Source of the DNA: Balanoglossus misakiensis
Lineage: Eukaryota > Animalia > Hemichordata
Direction: 5' to 3'
Assembly (NCBI GenBank): GCA_040954595.2
Contig: CM082576.2
Location: 13,767,129-13,831,128 of the forward strand
Length of the DNA: 64,000 nt
The notes under the pieces were generated by a model. That model was given only the letters and a program-made list of their open reading frames with translations, ran no database searches and was not told the origin of the DNA. A program made the position numbers and the translations under genes. How positions within the stretch are numbered: the first letter of the stretch is position 1; the number at the start of each line of letters is the position of its first letter. Shown one piece after another: positions 26,201-41,200 of the stretch.

Positions 26201-29200
26201 TTGTTGCAGCTGAAGAAAAAACCAGTGTGCGCACATTCGTCACTCAGCAAGGAACCAAGATGAAGAACCTGTCCGTGGAAATCCACAGTGTGCAGAGTAT
26301 GTTGGAGAAGGTCATCCAGAACTGGGCCGAATACAATGGGGCTGTTGATGAACTTCAGGGGTGGTTGGAGAAGGCTGAGAAGGTCCTGACGCAGTCTCAT
26401 GAAGCGAGAAAGGTCAGTGTATTAAAGGGGAAACTTTGCAATTCAAATACGTGAGTGTCGAAATGCGCATGTTCCTGTATGTGTATGTACAGGTTTTGGT
26501 TTGTTCTTCATGAAAATAACTTTTTGACATCTTTTATCTAAAAAATACTATAGAAGTCAGTCTGCATCATTTAATTCAAGAGTGGACAGAAAATAGGACA
26601 ACAGTTGAACTTTAACATTCATAAAAATAATTGAAAAATGTGAAAATGAAAACTTGATATGGCCAGTTGGAGTACAAACATAAAACTAAAAGGAGTACAT
26701 TAAGCTTGATTGGTTTTGTGAACAGTGGATGTTTCTATAAAACCTGGTAATGCATAAAACAGAATAAAAACATACTGATAGGCCACATCCTTGAAATACT
26801 TTCTCCTTATCATTGACACCTGCAGGAGTTCTTCAAAACTCTCCCCGTCTGGATGGACAAACATACAGTACTAAATGACTCCGGCAACTTTCTGATTGAA
26901 GTGTGTCAGGAAGAGGTTTCATTCGACATCCAGCAGCAGATTCTACTCATCAACAGACGATGGAAAGACATCTTCGAACAGGGAAAGATTTACATGAAGG
27001 AAGAGGAGGCGGAGAGGTTGCAGAGAGAGTACGCCGGGGGACTGAAAACCCTGACGACGTGGTTGGATAAATCGGAAAAGATACTTATGGGACCTGTGGA
27101 GTGTACTTATCGGGGCCTTAAAGATCACGCTCAGGATTTAGATGTAAGTAAACTGAGATGTGACCAGGTTTTTTAGCACTTACATGTAGTAATTGTGATT
27201 ATTTGGGTAGAAATCTTATAGGAAATCTGATCAAATCCGGATCAAACAATTTTAGAACATTTACCCTTTGTCTGTTAATTTATGATAATGCAAGAAAGAA
27301 AATGATTACCGGTATGTTGCAAAAACCTGTATAGACTAGACACTGGGTAAAACTCACAATTCTGGAATTTATGCTGAACACACTGAGATTTTATGAATAC
27401 ATAACATTTGAATTGTTGATGTGGGAAAGTGTACATGTTAAATCTGTAACTGTAATCAACCATATACCAAACAAGGCAGTGTGTACTTTGTTAATACATG
27501 ATGATGTATTTTATCCGGCTGACTTTTCCAATAAATTGTGTAAAATATTTTTCCTTCAGTTGAGCAAGATGCCTTTCTAATAGTAACGATCACTTTTAAT
27601 TTGCCAGGACATACGAGAACAGGAGCCTGCCAATGAAGAAGTCTTCAAACAGGTTTCCAAAACGGCCCAGTCGCTGGTGAAGAGTTGCTCACCAGAGAGA
27701 GTGGAATCGATGCTGAACACGCTGAAGCTCGTCAAACAGAGAATTGTCAAGATCCGGGATCAAGTTCCTAAGAAGCAAGCGGCACTAAGTAAAATCACAC
27801 CCATGGTGCAACAGTGGGAGAGTGGAATCGATGATCTGGAGAGCTGGATGATTGAGGCTGATAGGTTGCTGAGATCGCACGTTTTGGACAACAGCCGGGA
27901 CAGAGTACAAAATCGTCTGGAGCAACACCAGGTACAGAAGTTATATACTTGTTACCATTTACTTTTTTCTCTGTCAATCTTCCAGGGGACATTTCGCATT
28001 TTTTTGTCATTAAAAAAACATCCCACAATATATCATGTTTGAATTTTCGCAAGCATTATTTGTGAACAGGTTCCAGTTTTATGTGCATAATCAAAGTTAG
28101 TTACGTAGCAGGAGGATAGTTTATTATGCTGGTTTAAAACTCAATAAAAGGAAAATTTATCCAAAAAATATTGTAGAGAACTGCAAGGGGATAACGCAAA
28201 AAGAATTCGTAGGAACACGACCTAGTGGTTGTACACTCAACGACCATGTTTTTTCTCTCCCTATCGTTGTCTGATTATGCGTGAATCCAATTTGATAAGA
28301 CAGATACGTGCACCCAGCCATGCAACACCTCTCATATCTTGGTAAACAACAACTGAAGGCTGGCTTGTGTTTATCAGGGAACAAGCCAAGCCCTGATATG
28401 ATAGCATGGGTGAGATAACTGATAACTGAGAGATAGCACAGGGCTAGTCGTGACATGTTTGAGACATGAGTATAGAACAGGTGAAACATGATTGAGTAGC
28501 CTAGACACTAATTTTATAACAGAGATTAATAATATTTCATTGACTGTGAACACTAACATCTGTTGTCTTGCCCTGAGAAGAAATATTAGAATTAGATATT
28601 GAAAATTAATCTGATAAAACAGAATTCCAAGAGTTAAATATAGTTTTACATTACAGTGGCCTGTACGACAGAAAAAAAAATTAAGCAAATTCTCTTTGAA
28701 TGGTATGTTAATGCCCTGTGTGTGTAGACTGACAAAAATTCTGCTTGTACACTGATTTGAACTGTCATTTCTTTCCATGAGTGATAATAGTTTAATAGTG
28801 GTAGTGTGGGTGCATTGCAGAAGACAATAAGAACACACAGAGAAGCATTTTGCGGGTCATCATAAATATCTTTAAAAGTGCATTTTTTGGTTGTGTGTAA
28901 CAGTTTTGAAGAGAAATATGTATTTAGTACCTAATGTCTGAATAGTTGTCTCTGATGTATGTTGCCGTGGATACAGGAAGATGTAGATACCCCATATCCA
29001 CATACAAAATTGATGCAACTCCACTGATACAGAATACATGTACAGGTTATAATATAATGGTGAATTTTGCATGGATTTCTGAGCAACACTCTGTTTTCTT
29101 GCAGGCATTTTTCAAAGGAGCACCTCAGTTTGCCAAGTTGATTGAAAACAAGAGTAGACTGTGTGATGACATCAGCAAGACTCATGGTGGCGCTATTGAT

Positions 29201-32200
29201 ACATCTCAGCTCGAGAGCAAAATGTCCAGACTCAACGGCCAGTTCAAGGTGGGGTTTTCATTCACATACCAGGGTTGTCCATGAACGCACAGCAAATATT
29301 CTACCATACCAACACTACACAATCCCGTTGTGCAAATTAACAACATTGCAGCGCCTACAGTATAAAGATGTTTAACATTTTTTATGGCGATTAAATTCAC
29401 TTTGTAAACTGTCAGTTTATTGTATTATTGTGTGGAGGGGCTGTGCATCAGTTAACCACTAGGAACAATTTTTAAAACACAGGAATGCAAGAATGTCAAA
29501 TTCAAGTGACACGTTCCTTTAAAATAATTATCTGCAATTAAATACTTTATTATCATATCTGTGTTTCAGGACATTGTTACAAATTCTGAGAGCTGGGAGA
29601 AGAAATTCACCAACAGTTTGGAATTATGGGACGCTTATGAGGCCGCAGTGAAAAGCATTGATGAGTGGATTGAAACTGCTCAGTCGGTCTTGAAAGACAA
29701 AAGCGATACCACCGATAGTCTTATCCAGAAACATTTGGTAAGAGATATTCGTTGTGTTGCAATGACTTTGACAGGTGTGTTAACATAAAATCAGTGAAGT
29801 CTTCCGCCATTGTATTGTAGACTGTCTTCAGAAGTTTTTGAATAAAACAAATATTTTGAAGCGACTAATATAATAATGTTTTGCCTTTATGGAAAAGATT
29901 TCTACGATACCTACATTTTCCATTTCTTCTTTCTCTTTCATCACAGGAGTTCTTTGACAATGTTGATCCAGAAATCCTCCAGAGTTTCCTTAGGGCTTGT
30001 AAAGAACTTCTCCACACTATGCAAGATGAGGAAAGGCCTGAAGTTCGGCAGAAGATGACATCGGTTCAGGCCAAATGGAAGGTGAGTTCAAACTCCTCAG
30101 GGAGATGCAAGTGTTCTCTTCTTCTTGTAAGCTATGAGAATGTTTGATTTATATGATAATGGTCCTTGATTGATTGTTTGATTGATTGATTTGCGACAAT
30201 GCAATCAACTGCAAATCACATGTTACATTATGATCAACACCATTCACTCTTGGCAGTCTGCCAAATTATCACCCAAGCGTTTATTTAGCTTTGGGTATGC
30301 GTTGTAAATCTTTCTACTTTCTGAATAACCACCGTAGGCCAATTTAAAAAAAAAAACTCTTTGTGTTTTGAGCATATCCGTAGCAAGGTTTCATGCTCCT
30401 GGATAAACCTGGAATTTGAAAATACTGTACTCCTGGAAGGACCTTTAAAATTGATTCTGTCACCATGCTATCACAAAGTGTTGATGTTCATGAAAAAATT
30501 GACAACATTACAGCCTAGCTTACTCCTGGAAAGTAGAGCTTTTGATAAGAAAAATTACTGGAAAAACTCCTGGAAAGTTCTGACTCCTGTCATTGATTCT
30601 AGTACCTTATGCAAATATCTAGTTGGCAGACATGATGAATAGTGTGGTTATTTTCACCTGGCACTGGTCACTTGCACATCCCAAAATCCAAACTCCAATC
30701 AACTTCAGGATATGACATGATGATATTTGTATGGTGATGCATGTATTTGCAGGATATTATGTACCAGTCTCCCATCAGACTTATAAAGCTCAGGTTTAAG
30801 TTAGCCGAGGAGGACCTCTTGAGTAACGTAGATTTAGCAGAGAAAGAATTGGCAACAGAGGAAGAAGACATGAAAGGAAACAAACAGATGGAACTGATTC
30901 TGCAACAACATCTGGTGAGTTTTCTTTTTTGAAATTATTGTGAAAATTAGAAAGTGAGTGCAAGTGAATCAGAACAGCCGATGTAAAACGGGAAATGTGC
31001 CCAATCATATCAACAGAGGTGACGATTAATTTTCACGTTCTCTTTACCGAATTATATTCAATTGTACACTGCTCTTTCGCGACTATTTATTATCATTTTT
31101 TTAGCTCTTGTGTAGTTCGCGAACATTTTTCATTCCCGAAAATTCCCCGTTTTACAGTAGTGCAACCTTGTCTTATAATTTCACACTGATGTGCTCTGAA
31201 ATGGTTACAAAGTGCATTTTATAGTATACTAACTTTATTTGTGACAGCTATATAAAATGAAAATAAGGGGCAAAGTTGGAACATGACCCAAATAGAGACT
31301 GGTAGTGAAAAAGACAAGATAGTGTAGAACACAAAGTCATTTTCAATGCAGAAATGTATTCATATGTATGAAGACATTGATCACTTTGAAATTAAAAGTT
31401 GCACAAGGAAGCTGACATGGAAACTCTTTCTTTGAATCTCTTTCCACAGAAATTCTTCCATGACACCAACTTCTTCGAAAGCAGCATTCACTGCGTGCAA
31501 GACATGGAGAGTCTGAGTAACCAGTTGGCTGCCTACAGAGCAGACGACACCTCTCTGCAGGAGTTGCACACACTGCGTCAGAGACAGTGGGAGGAACTAT
31601 GCAATAAAATCGACAATATCCACAGACAGCTGCAGAGTTGGCCTGAACAGTGGAAAGAGTACTATGCCAGGTGAGGAAGGGTTTTGATGACTTTAGTGGG
31701 GATCAGTTGCTTCATTTATTATTTGATACATTGTTTGATTGATTTGTTTGTTTGACTTAGTATGGTTGATTTTCTTTTTGCAAATTTACTAATTGGCTAG
31801 TTTGTATTTATACATAACAATTATTTACGACAACTACGGTAAATGAAACCTCTAATTGATTATTCTTTTTCACCATAAAGATTAGTATCAAATACAGAGT
31901 ATACTATTTGAAAATCTACCTAAAAATAATAGATTTTTAAGTTTATGTAAATCTTTGCTGTTTGTAGATTTACTGCTGTGTCCAAGTGGATGGACAGTGT
32001 TGAAGACTCCGTCACAGATCTGAAGAAAGCAGCTGAATATGATGAATTCAAGGTTATCCACAAAAAGTTTCAAGTGAGTAACTGTCTTCTATTATCAGTG
32101 TGATGGTATTTATTCTATGGCACTACACACAAGTTTACTAAAAATGTTTCATGCTTAGGAAGTTTGGATATCATTTCCAACTCTGTGATTTCACTGATAT

Positions 32201-35200
32201 ATACAGTGTATACTGTATGTTATGTAGTTATAAAAGGGTGAAAAAAAATTTGCATGGCCATTGACAAACACTACCATTGTAAATCGTTAACAGTTTGAGA
32301 GTTCTAACTCAGTTGAAGAAGTTAGATTTTGTATGATATATTAAAACGTGCTGTAAATAATGGTTTTGAAACATCTGTTCTTGTCAGTTTGCTTACTATT
32401 TTTGTTGTTGTTTTACCGTGAACAGGCAATAAGTCAAGATGTGAAAAGCCACCAAAGCGAGATACAGTGGTTGATCGACAGATTCGCGGAACTCTCCCAG
32501 AGCTGTACGGAAGAGGAACGCAGCCTGGAAGACAAGAAACTCAACGAGCTGCTCAACCGGCAGAAACACCTTCTGCCGCGGATCGAAGTGGTCAAGGTGG
32601 AGGCCAAGGTGATCGAGGAATGCTTCGAGTACCAGACGGTCATCCGCACGACCCGGACGTGGCTGAAGAAGAAGAGGAGGAAGATGAAGGAGGTGCCGCC
32701 CTCCGACAGCCTGGACAAGGCCAAGCAGCAGGTGAAGGAGCACCAGGCGCTGGTCAGCGAGCTGGACGGCAACAGGGAGAGAGTGAACGAAGAAATCAAG
32801 AAGGGAAAAGAGCTGCAGAGGAACGAGAGCGCTCCGTCCTTCGTGGGTGAGGACGTGTCCGAGTTGGAGGAGGAGTGGAAGGGTACGAGTAGTGAGGCCC
32901 AACAGATTGAGAAAGAGCTGCAGGTCAGTCTTTTATTTTGATAGTGTCAAGCGACAGAGATGCAATATTTTGATATTATAGTGAACAATTTGTGTGTATG
33001 GTCATTCATGTGGTCATACTAAATACACCTTGAACAGTTGGTTGTCGGAGCTGTACGCACACATTTGTTGTGGTCATAACATCTATGACATTCGTCCGTA
33101 CTAGATATTAAGTCACAGATGTGAATTGAGTCAGTAGTAGAAATTGATAATTCACACTGTAATAACAGAAAAACATAATTAAGACAAAAATGACCTATAT
33201 AATGTCAATATTTGAAGTTTTTCCCTTTTCTGTGTAATCTACATGTAGAGTTTGTTTGTTTTGTAGAAAATAGTTAGATTATTGCATTTATGTTTATATT
33301 CTTTGAGTTGTCAGTTAAAGTAAGAACATATTTATTTGTATAATGTTGGCCTTTAATTGAAAAAGCTAATTGCATTCAGCTCATCTCATGTAAAAATTGT
33401 CCACTCCCAGGGTTCTCTATCTGTATGGGAAGACTACGAGAAACAGAAGGAAAACGTGTTAGATTTCTTGGACAAAGCCGAAGGAGAATTGGAAAAGAAA
33501 TCTCACCCAAGTGGCCTTGAAAGTGTCCGATCAGAACTCAACTCAAAGGAGGTAAAAACATTGCACTTGTTTTAAAGTTGTGTTGACTGTATATACCGGT
33601 ACAACAAATTCTGGAATCTTCCTTGTATGTTTACCATCAAATAGACTGTTACTTTATGAAAATTCCATTTAGGTATTATCTGGAAGTACTAGGCTATGCA
33701 GTCCAGCAGTAGCCAAAAATATCGACGTTGTTAACGTCAAAATAGAATTGCAGAATTGCCGTCGCATAATTTGGGAGTCACTGACAATGATTAATATGAT
33801 TGTGTATTTTATAAATATTAAACTGAGTGTATAATAAATTATTTTGACAGGATCTTCACAATGCCCAGCTTGCCCTGTCGCCAACCCTAGGTGAAGTGAA
33901 GGCCATCAATGCTAAACTGCAGGACATTGCGCCTGAAGACAGAATAGCAAGCCTCCACGACGAAATCTTGAACATTGAGAAAAGATACAAGCATCTCAAT
34001 TCAAATCTGGCTGAAGAGGTCGCCGCCCTCAAGCAGAGTGAAGCTGATTGGGTGACGTACTACGACAGACATGACAAGTTTGCTGATTGGTTGGACAGTG
34101 TAGAGAAGAAATTCGATGCTGTCACGCAAGCTGAGGGGACTCCGGAAGAACATTTTAATAAAGCCAAGGTAGAAACTTTGATTCTGATAATTGATATATT
34201 TTAAGAAGGTAGTTGAAATAAATACTGTTCTTTGACATTTAGAACTTTTTTAGTTTCAAGTTAGAACAAATATTGATATCCTTTCAAGGGTATACTGGAA
34301 CCCATTGCTCGGACATAATTTAAATGTGTTTCAAAGTTAAAACTGATTCTGCTGTAGTTATTAATGTGTCGTTCATTTAGCTCTTCACATCAAAGGTATC
34401 GTATGTACTCCCATCCTCTTTTCACACTCTGAAAAATTAAAATTGATTTCGATATTCCAGGTGATGTTCTCGGAAATTTATGACAAATATGAAGAACTGG
34501 AAAACCTGGAGAAAGACGGAAGGGACCTCGGAAACGGATTCAAGACGAAGGAGACGTCCGCCTTGAAGAGAACTCTGTCGGATCTGAGGAGCAGATGGGA
34601 GGATTTGTGTTCCAAAGCCAAAGCGCAGAGTACGCAGCTGGCGGATAACGTGACCCACTGGCAGCTGTATCAGTCGTCTATGCAGCAGCTGTTGCCGTGG
34701 CTGCAGAGGATGGAGGCCAAGGTTGCCGAGGATACCAAGAATTGTGCCTCGCCCGCCGAAGTGCAAGCGCTCTCAGATGAGCACGATGTGAGTTGTCATT
34801 TGTTGGTTTAACCTTTTCATCCCTACTTCCCTCTATTTGAGGTCCAACCTTCCCATAGGAGACAATAGAGTTAGACTGGACCATAGTGGTGAAAGGGTTA
34901 CTACAGTCCTTCAACAGCCCTTCAACTGAAATACCCTTCACCACCATGGTTCTCTCCAAAACCTTTGTTTTCTATGTAAAGTTGGACCTCTATAGAGGGA
35001 AACGGGGTGAAAAGGTTAACAGTCACAAATTGGTGTTTTATAAGTGTCTGCTAATAAATTTAACTTTCTTTTGTTCCTTACAGAAAAAATGAATGCTTAA
35101 CTTTAAGAATGTATGCCACTTGCCTTAAAATAAATTTTACTGGACAAATACATTCATACCACACCACACTATTTGTTTGACCTATGAAGGCTTTTTCTCA

Positions 35201-38200
35201 GAAACACTGGTGGCCCTGAAATATTTGCTACATATCAATAAACTTTTCTGATTTCCATCTTGTCTCGCTAGGCTGTGCGCAAGGACATCCAGGAAAACCG
35301 ACAACTGATGGCAACCATCGAGAATGAAGCCAAACAAGTTCCCTCACAGCACGACATCACGGAAGACGTGAACGCGGTCAAGGACAGGTGGCAGAGTCTG
35401 CTGACGGATGCGGACGACAAAGAGCGGAGACTGCAAGACTTGCTCGCTCAGTGGACCAAACACAACGAGGACGTCGACAATTTTGTGCAGAGCTTGGAGA
35501 AGACAGAAAAGATAGTCAAGAAAGAAGACCTTGATACAGCCAGCACTCCGAAGCTGGAGTCACTTCTTGCCACTTTCCAGGTGAGAGTGGACGCAAGTTA
35601 AAAATTTTAAAAAATCAATAACAAAGTAAATAAAAAAATGCAGGATTTTAATAAAGCAAATTTTTTTAAAACAATTATAACAATTACCTTTTTAAAAAAT
35701 ATCCGAAAGCAAAGTTTCAAGATTTGCTTACAGTTACAAGATGCCTTAGGATTTCATCATGATATACTACCTAGAAATGACAAGCATAAAGAAAATATTT
35801 ACTATTTTGTCAGGAATCGTAAGCGATTTATGAGAATACTGTCAATCAACCTGGTATTTCTTTTGCCTTCCCAGAAAATTCAACAGGAGTTGAAGGACAT
35901 GAAACCCAGACTGGAAGATCTGAACAAAAGCCGAGACGAACTCCAGAATCAGTGCAACTCCATGGGTGTTGATGGTCTGAAGAGAGGCGTCAAGAGTGCC
36001 AAGATCAAACTCAACAAAGTGAACAACGTGTTGGAGAACAGGATCACGCAGATCACCACCTTGCTGAACGTGAGGAGGGAGTTTCTGAGCCGACTGGAGA
36101 TCTTTGGAGATCAGCTGATTGACTTCCAGGGTAGACTGGACGCCTTGAGCGAGATCTACACCAATGATGTGAAGAATTCTCTCGAAGCTCACCAGGTAGG
36201 CATTCGTCGGAGTGGATTTAACCCTTGACTACCTTGAGTTCCGGAAAAAACATGGCTTTAAAACAGTTATACATCTTGAGTGCCGTTAAAATGAACGTCA
36301 TAAACTAACTGGAATCTCTAGTGTATATGATTACATATTTGGTAATGGTAGTCAAGGGGTTAAAGTTATTGCTTTGTTTTTGGTTGAGTTCAAACCAAGA
36401 TGTCTGTGCTAGGTTGGTGGCCAAATTTTAGAGGATACAGAAATCATATTGGTTTGAAGGAAGCCAGATTTTTAACAATTTAACATGCTTTGCTCATGGT
36501 GTTTCAACTTCTCAAGAACTAAAAATTGTGGTTTGTCATCTTGTATAACTACTGGTCTGCAACCTCTTCTTGTGTGTAAAATATCACATAATTCTTGTGT
36601 CATTGTTGGATTATAGATTGTGAAATCTGACGTGGATGACCAGAAAGCCATCACCAGCAGAATCGGCAAAGAAGTGAAGGATCTAGCGGAAGACATGTCC
36701 CCAGACGAGGGCCAGCTGCTTCTACAGAAGAACGCAGACTTGCAGAAGAGTTACAGCGGCGTTGTAGAGACCCTGGAGAACAGAGAACGTCTGTTGAAGC
36801 AGTGGCTGGAGTTCCAAAAGGACAGAGAGGAGATCGAGAGTAAGTTAAAAAGCATGCACTCGCAGCTGGAGTCGGACGACCTGAAGGAGGACGAGATCGA
36901 ACAGCTGAAGAAGGATCTGGTCTCCGTCAAGGCTATCTTGAACGCCCTGCGAGGGCAGTGCAGCGACATGGACAAACAGGTGCAGCAGTTGCAGCTGACG
37001 CCCAAGGATGAAGCCACCCAGGCCAGGGTGTTCTTCAAAGTGGAGCTGCAGAGTTTGCTGACGCAGTACGAGACCCTCATGGTGCTCCTGCAGCAGAAAC
37101 AGGAGAAGTGCGAGGAGAAGGCCGGCATGTGGAAGACGTACCAGGAGAGGCGGGACAGGTTTCTCAAGTGGGAGAAGGACGTGGAGGCAAAGGCCGAGGT
37201 CCAGAAGACAACAGGGGTCACTCCGGATGCACTGAAGCAACAACTCAAGGAATTAGAGGTGAGTGAAGTTTATCTGGGTGTCTGTCTGTATATATGCACT
37301 TTGTGTATGTGTGTGCGTGTACATGTCTGTACATACGGAATATACGTACATGTACATGTGTGCATGCGTGTGTGTGTGTGCAAGCATGTGCGCATGCATG
37401 TACATGTATGTGAGCTTGCAGTCTCTGAGGTTTGAACTTACCGACACAAATTGCAGTGTTAGTGTCTTGCTGTGTTGCTGTATATTGCACTGCAGCGAGT
37501 TGGAACCACGTCAATAATGAGGTCCCCCATTGAAGTGATTTTCTGAACAGTATTTTGCCATGCTGTGGTGGTTGGAAACATGCAGCACTGTTTAATAAAG
37601 TGACTAACTGTGTGACATACAAATACAAAATTTAAAAATTGAGTGCTAACAATGCATGACAATTAAAGTAAACGATTTATGTGTGTGAATATTGGTGTTC
37701 TTTCTCAGATGTGTTCTGTTTTCGGAAAAATTAACTAACATTGTAACAAAGTCTCCTGTCTTCTCTCTCTCTCTGTTTCTCTTCCTCGTTCTACTCGATG
37801 GTTGTGGATATCGTTCGGTAACGGTTCTGGTTAAAAAAACAAAACAAATAGAAACTACAGGTGGAGGTTGCAGCTCACCAGCATGAGGTGGCCCAGGTGA
37901 AGGACAAAGCTCAACAGCTGATGCAGGCCGATCCCCAGAACAGCGGCCTCTTGCAAAATGACATTGAGAGCGTAGACCGCGAGTGGCAGAAGGTGCAAGA
38001 CCTTGTCCACCAACAGATCAAACAGTGCAAAGCGATGCTTGCGCTGTGGATCGAGTACAACGAGCATCAGGCCAGCGTCGGCAGGGTTCTCAAAAGTGTC
38101 GAGGCGGTCACTGATGAGCCACTGACCAGCTCAAATCAGGAGGACGTCCGCAGACAGATGACCAGGCACGAGGTTGGTTACTGTCAAAGTCAAACTGCAC

Positions 38201-41200
38201 TGTATTGGTGTTGACAGGCACCAAATATAGAAATATCATAACGCTTTATTTATGTTCAGTGTTTTGACATTACAGTCTGTATATGATGCTTCCCACAAGG
38301 TCCTGTGTCAGAGTTGAGGCATATTGGTAAAGGGTTAATTATTAACAAACTATAAATGAATGCTAACTTGTTTCAACTTTGACACTGGAATTCTTGGAGC
38401 AGGTCAATCGTACACAGTAGTAGATGGGTCAGTAAAAGTTTTTCAAGTTTCAGCATTCTTGCATAAAATATCTACGTGAGTTGTGAAAGACTGCAATGTG
38501 AATTTAAACATTGGAAAATATGATTTCATTATAGTCTGATGTAAAATGAATCAGACATCAACCAAAGATATTTGATAATAGTGAAATTAAATTTGACATC
38601 ACAACTGTGAAAAATGTAGGTTAGCATTGCGATTAGATGAGCATATAATCCTTAGAAGTTATTTTAGTGTTGAGAATATACAATATAATTGAGTTTCATT
38701 GGATAATTTAGAGTTCACCATCTATTTTTGGTTATTCATGTAAATTCCTCTGGGCCATGTTTGAATGATCTTTCTGATTTTGTTGCACCACAGATCGCTG
38801 AAGCAGAGTTGGTGGGTGCTAAGGACCAAATGGCCACGCTCCAAGACACCGGGAAGCAGCTCTTAGCTGAAGTGGAGGCAGCAAGGGGAGTCAGACCGAC
38901 TGAGATCGAAGACAACCTGGACAGGAACAACCAGAGACACGCCGCAGTCACCGAGAAATTGGACACCAGGAAAGGGAACTTGGCCGAGCAGTTGGCGGCG
39001 TTGGAAAGCATCACGGCATCCAGGGAGAACTTGACCAGCTGGCTTCACAGTTCGCAGTCGGATCTCAGCACTGCACCCAATCAGTTTGCCGATAGCGGTG
39101 CCGTTCAAGAAAGGCTGGGAAATTTCCATGTGAGTTGATAAATAAGAAGTCATGTAGCATGATTTAGTATGATGGTGATTTTACCATGTTGTCTTTTATA
39201 TGACAGTCAGATTCACTCACTTGACAACTAGATTGTGTGATGGAGGCAACTATGCATAAAGAAAAATTCAAACCATTTATAAGTATTATGGCATGTATCC
39301 ATGTTAGAAACAGTTAGCAAAAGTACAAATTGTTCAAATTAAAGTCCACATGAAAATTACTAAATCCAGATTTAATAATATAATTGCAACTATACATAAA
39401 AACAAACAAATAAAAGACGTCTTTTCAATTTGTGGAAGAGGCTTATTTTGTGTCATTTTTCAGGCCCAACTTGTTGACAAAGAAGCTCAACTTGAAGCCA
39501 TGAAAGCCAAACTGGCAGAGTTGAAGAAACTCAATCCAGATGCTGATTACCCTGAACTCGAAACTGCTGTAGCACAGCTGGAGAGGGAATTAGCAAATGC
39601 CAAAGAGGTAAGAATTGTCAGTTTTGTCTGTTTTCTGTTATATGTTCTTTTGTATTTCATGATTAAAGTTGAATGAAGTGATGGTGTTTACCAGTATTAT
39701 GCTTATTTTGTCTTTTCTGCATACTGTAAAAAGGGAAATGTTCGCGAACTACACAAGAGTAAAAAAAATGTGAAAATAAAAAGTCACATAAAAAATGTTC
39801 TTCAGAGATAACAATGCAGTGAAATACAAAAACACGAAAAATTAATTGTTGCGTAAAAGTTGCCGCTTAATGATATCGCAAAAATTTCCTGTTGCGAAAA
39901 TTTCCCATTTTACAGTATGTGCCATGCAGAAGTACATGTAGCAATGTTTTATACACATTGCCTTATGTGATACTGTGTGCCAGTAAAAAAGGAAAAAATA
40001 CTTCAGTCTGTGTTGCTTTTGGGATATGGACTTTGGTAACATTACCGCAATACTAGTATCTTACAGTTTACCGCAGACTGGTACATGTATCTGAGAAAAA
40101 ATATCTGTGGAAACCAGTGTTTGATGTAAGTCATAAGTTATGGAGAACAGCAAAAATAATACCAAAACACAACGTCTGATTTCAGCTTGCCAAGAGCCAA
40201 GAGACAGGCCTCCAAGAACTGATGCATCAGAAAACGGAGTTGTCAGATGTTGTAGAAGGTCTGCAAGGCTGGTTGGAAAGAACCGATGACAGACTCAGTG
40301 GTTGTGAAGACAACACTAAGCCAGATGGAAAGATAGTCAAACAACTCAAAGAATGCAGGGTGGGTGTATTTTTTACAAAAGTATGTTTCCAGGAATTGAT
40401 GCGAATTTATAAATCATGCGCTTTGTTTGAATTTCATGTGGTTGCCTAGCTTCTGGGTTTTGATAGTAATTATTGACATTTTTGGCTAGGGCTCTGTCAT
40501 ACATAATTTTCAGTTTCAATGAATTGTCATCGGTAACTGCAATACCTTTGAAAGAAATAAGTGTTGTGCAAAGGACCAATGCAAGAATGCTTCAGATTTC
40601 CATCAGTCATGAATTTGATGTATAAAATAAACCAAGGAAATCCTAGAATACAGGGTACACTGTTAGCCCAATAATACTTCCAAGGATGCGGTACTAATAG
40701 AATACACAGTATATTATTTCAATGTATTACTAATTGACAACAAAACTTTGTTTTGATCGTAGAAAACCATTGATGACATAAAGGCCCACCAGCCCAACAT
40801 TGATGGCATTCAGAACAAACTACGGACCATGTCTGGAAAGTATCCCGCATCGGACCTCATCAAACTCCAAGAGGAGATTGCAGCTGTTGCTAGGAAACAC
40901 AATGAACTCAAGCACAGAAGTGCAAAGGTAAGTTCAACTTTGATGAAATATAGTGAATGGTAAGTTGAGAAATGTGTTGTTGTGGGATTTGACAAGCCGT
41001 TGAGCCATGTCATTTAAATGTTCAATGAAATAGCTCATAGCCCTAAAGTTGAGAAACTGAAATCTTCCCACATAACATTATGAGTTGTAGAATTTATTTA
41101 CAAATTTCAGTGTTATTTCTATGACACGTACTTTATTGAAAATAGAATTAAAAAAAATTCAGTGTCCAGATATCATGATAATAATTATTTTATCTTGCTA

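Noticed and set aside
30385-30590. Repeated (a)ctcctggaa motifs, superficially array-like
   Set aside because: Irregular spacing and short units in a eukaryotic intron; likely a decayed transposon, not CRISPR
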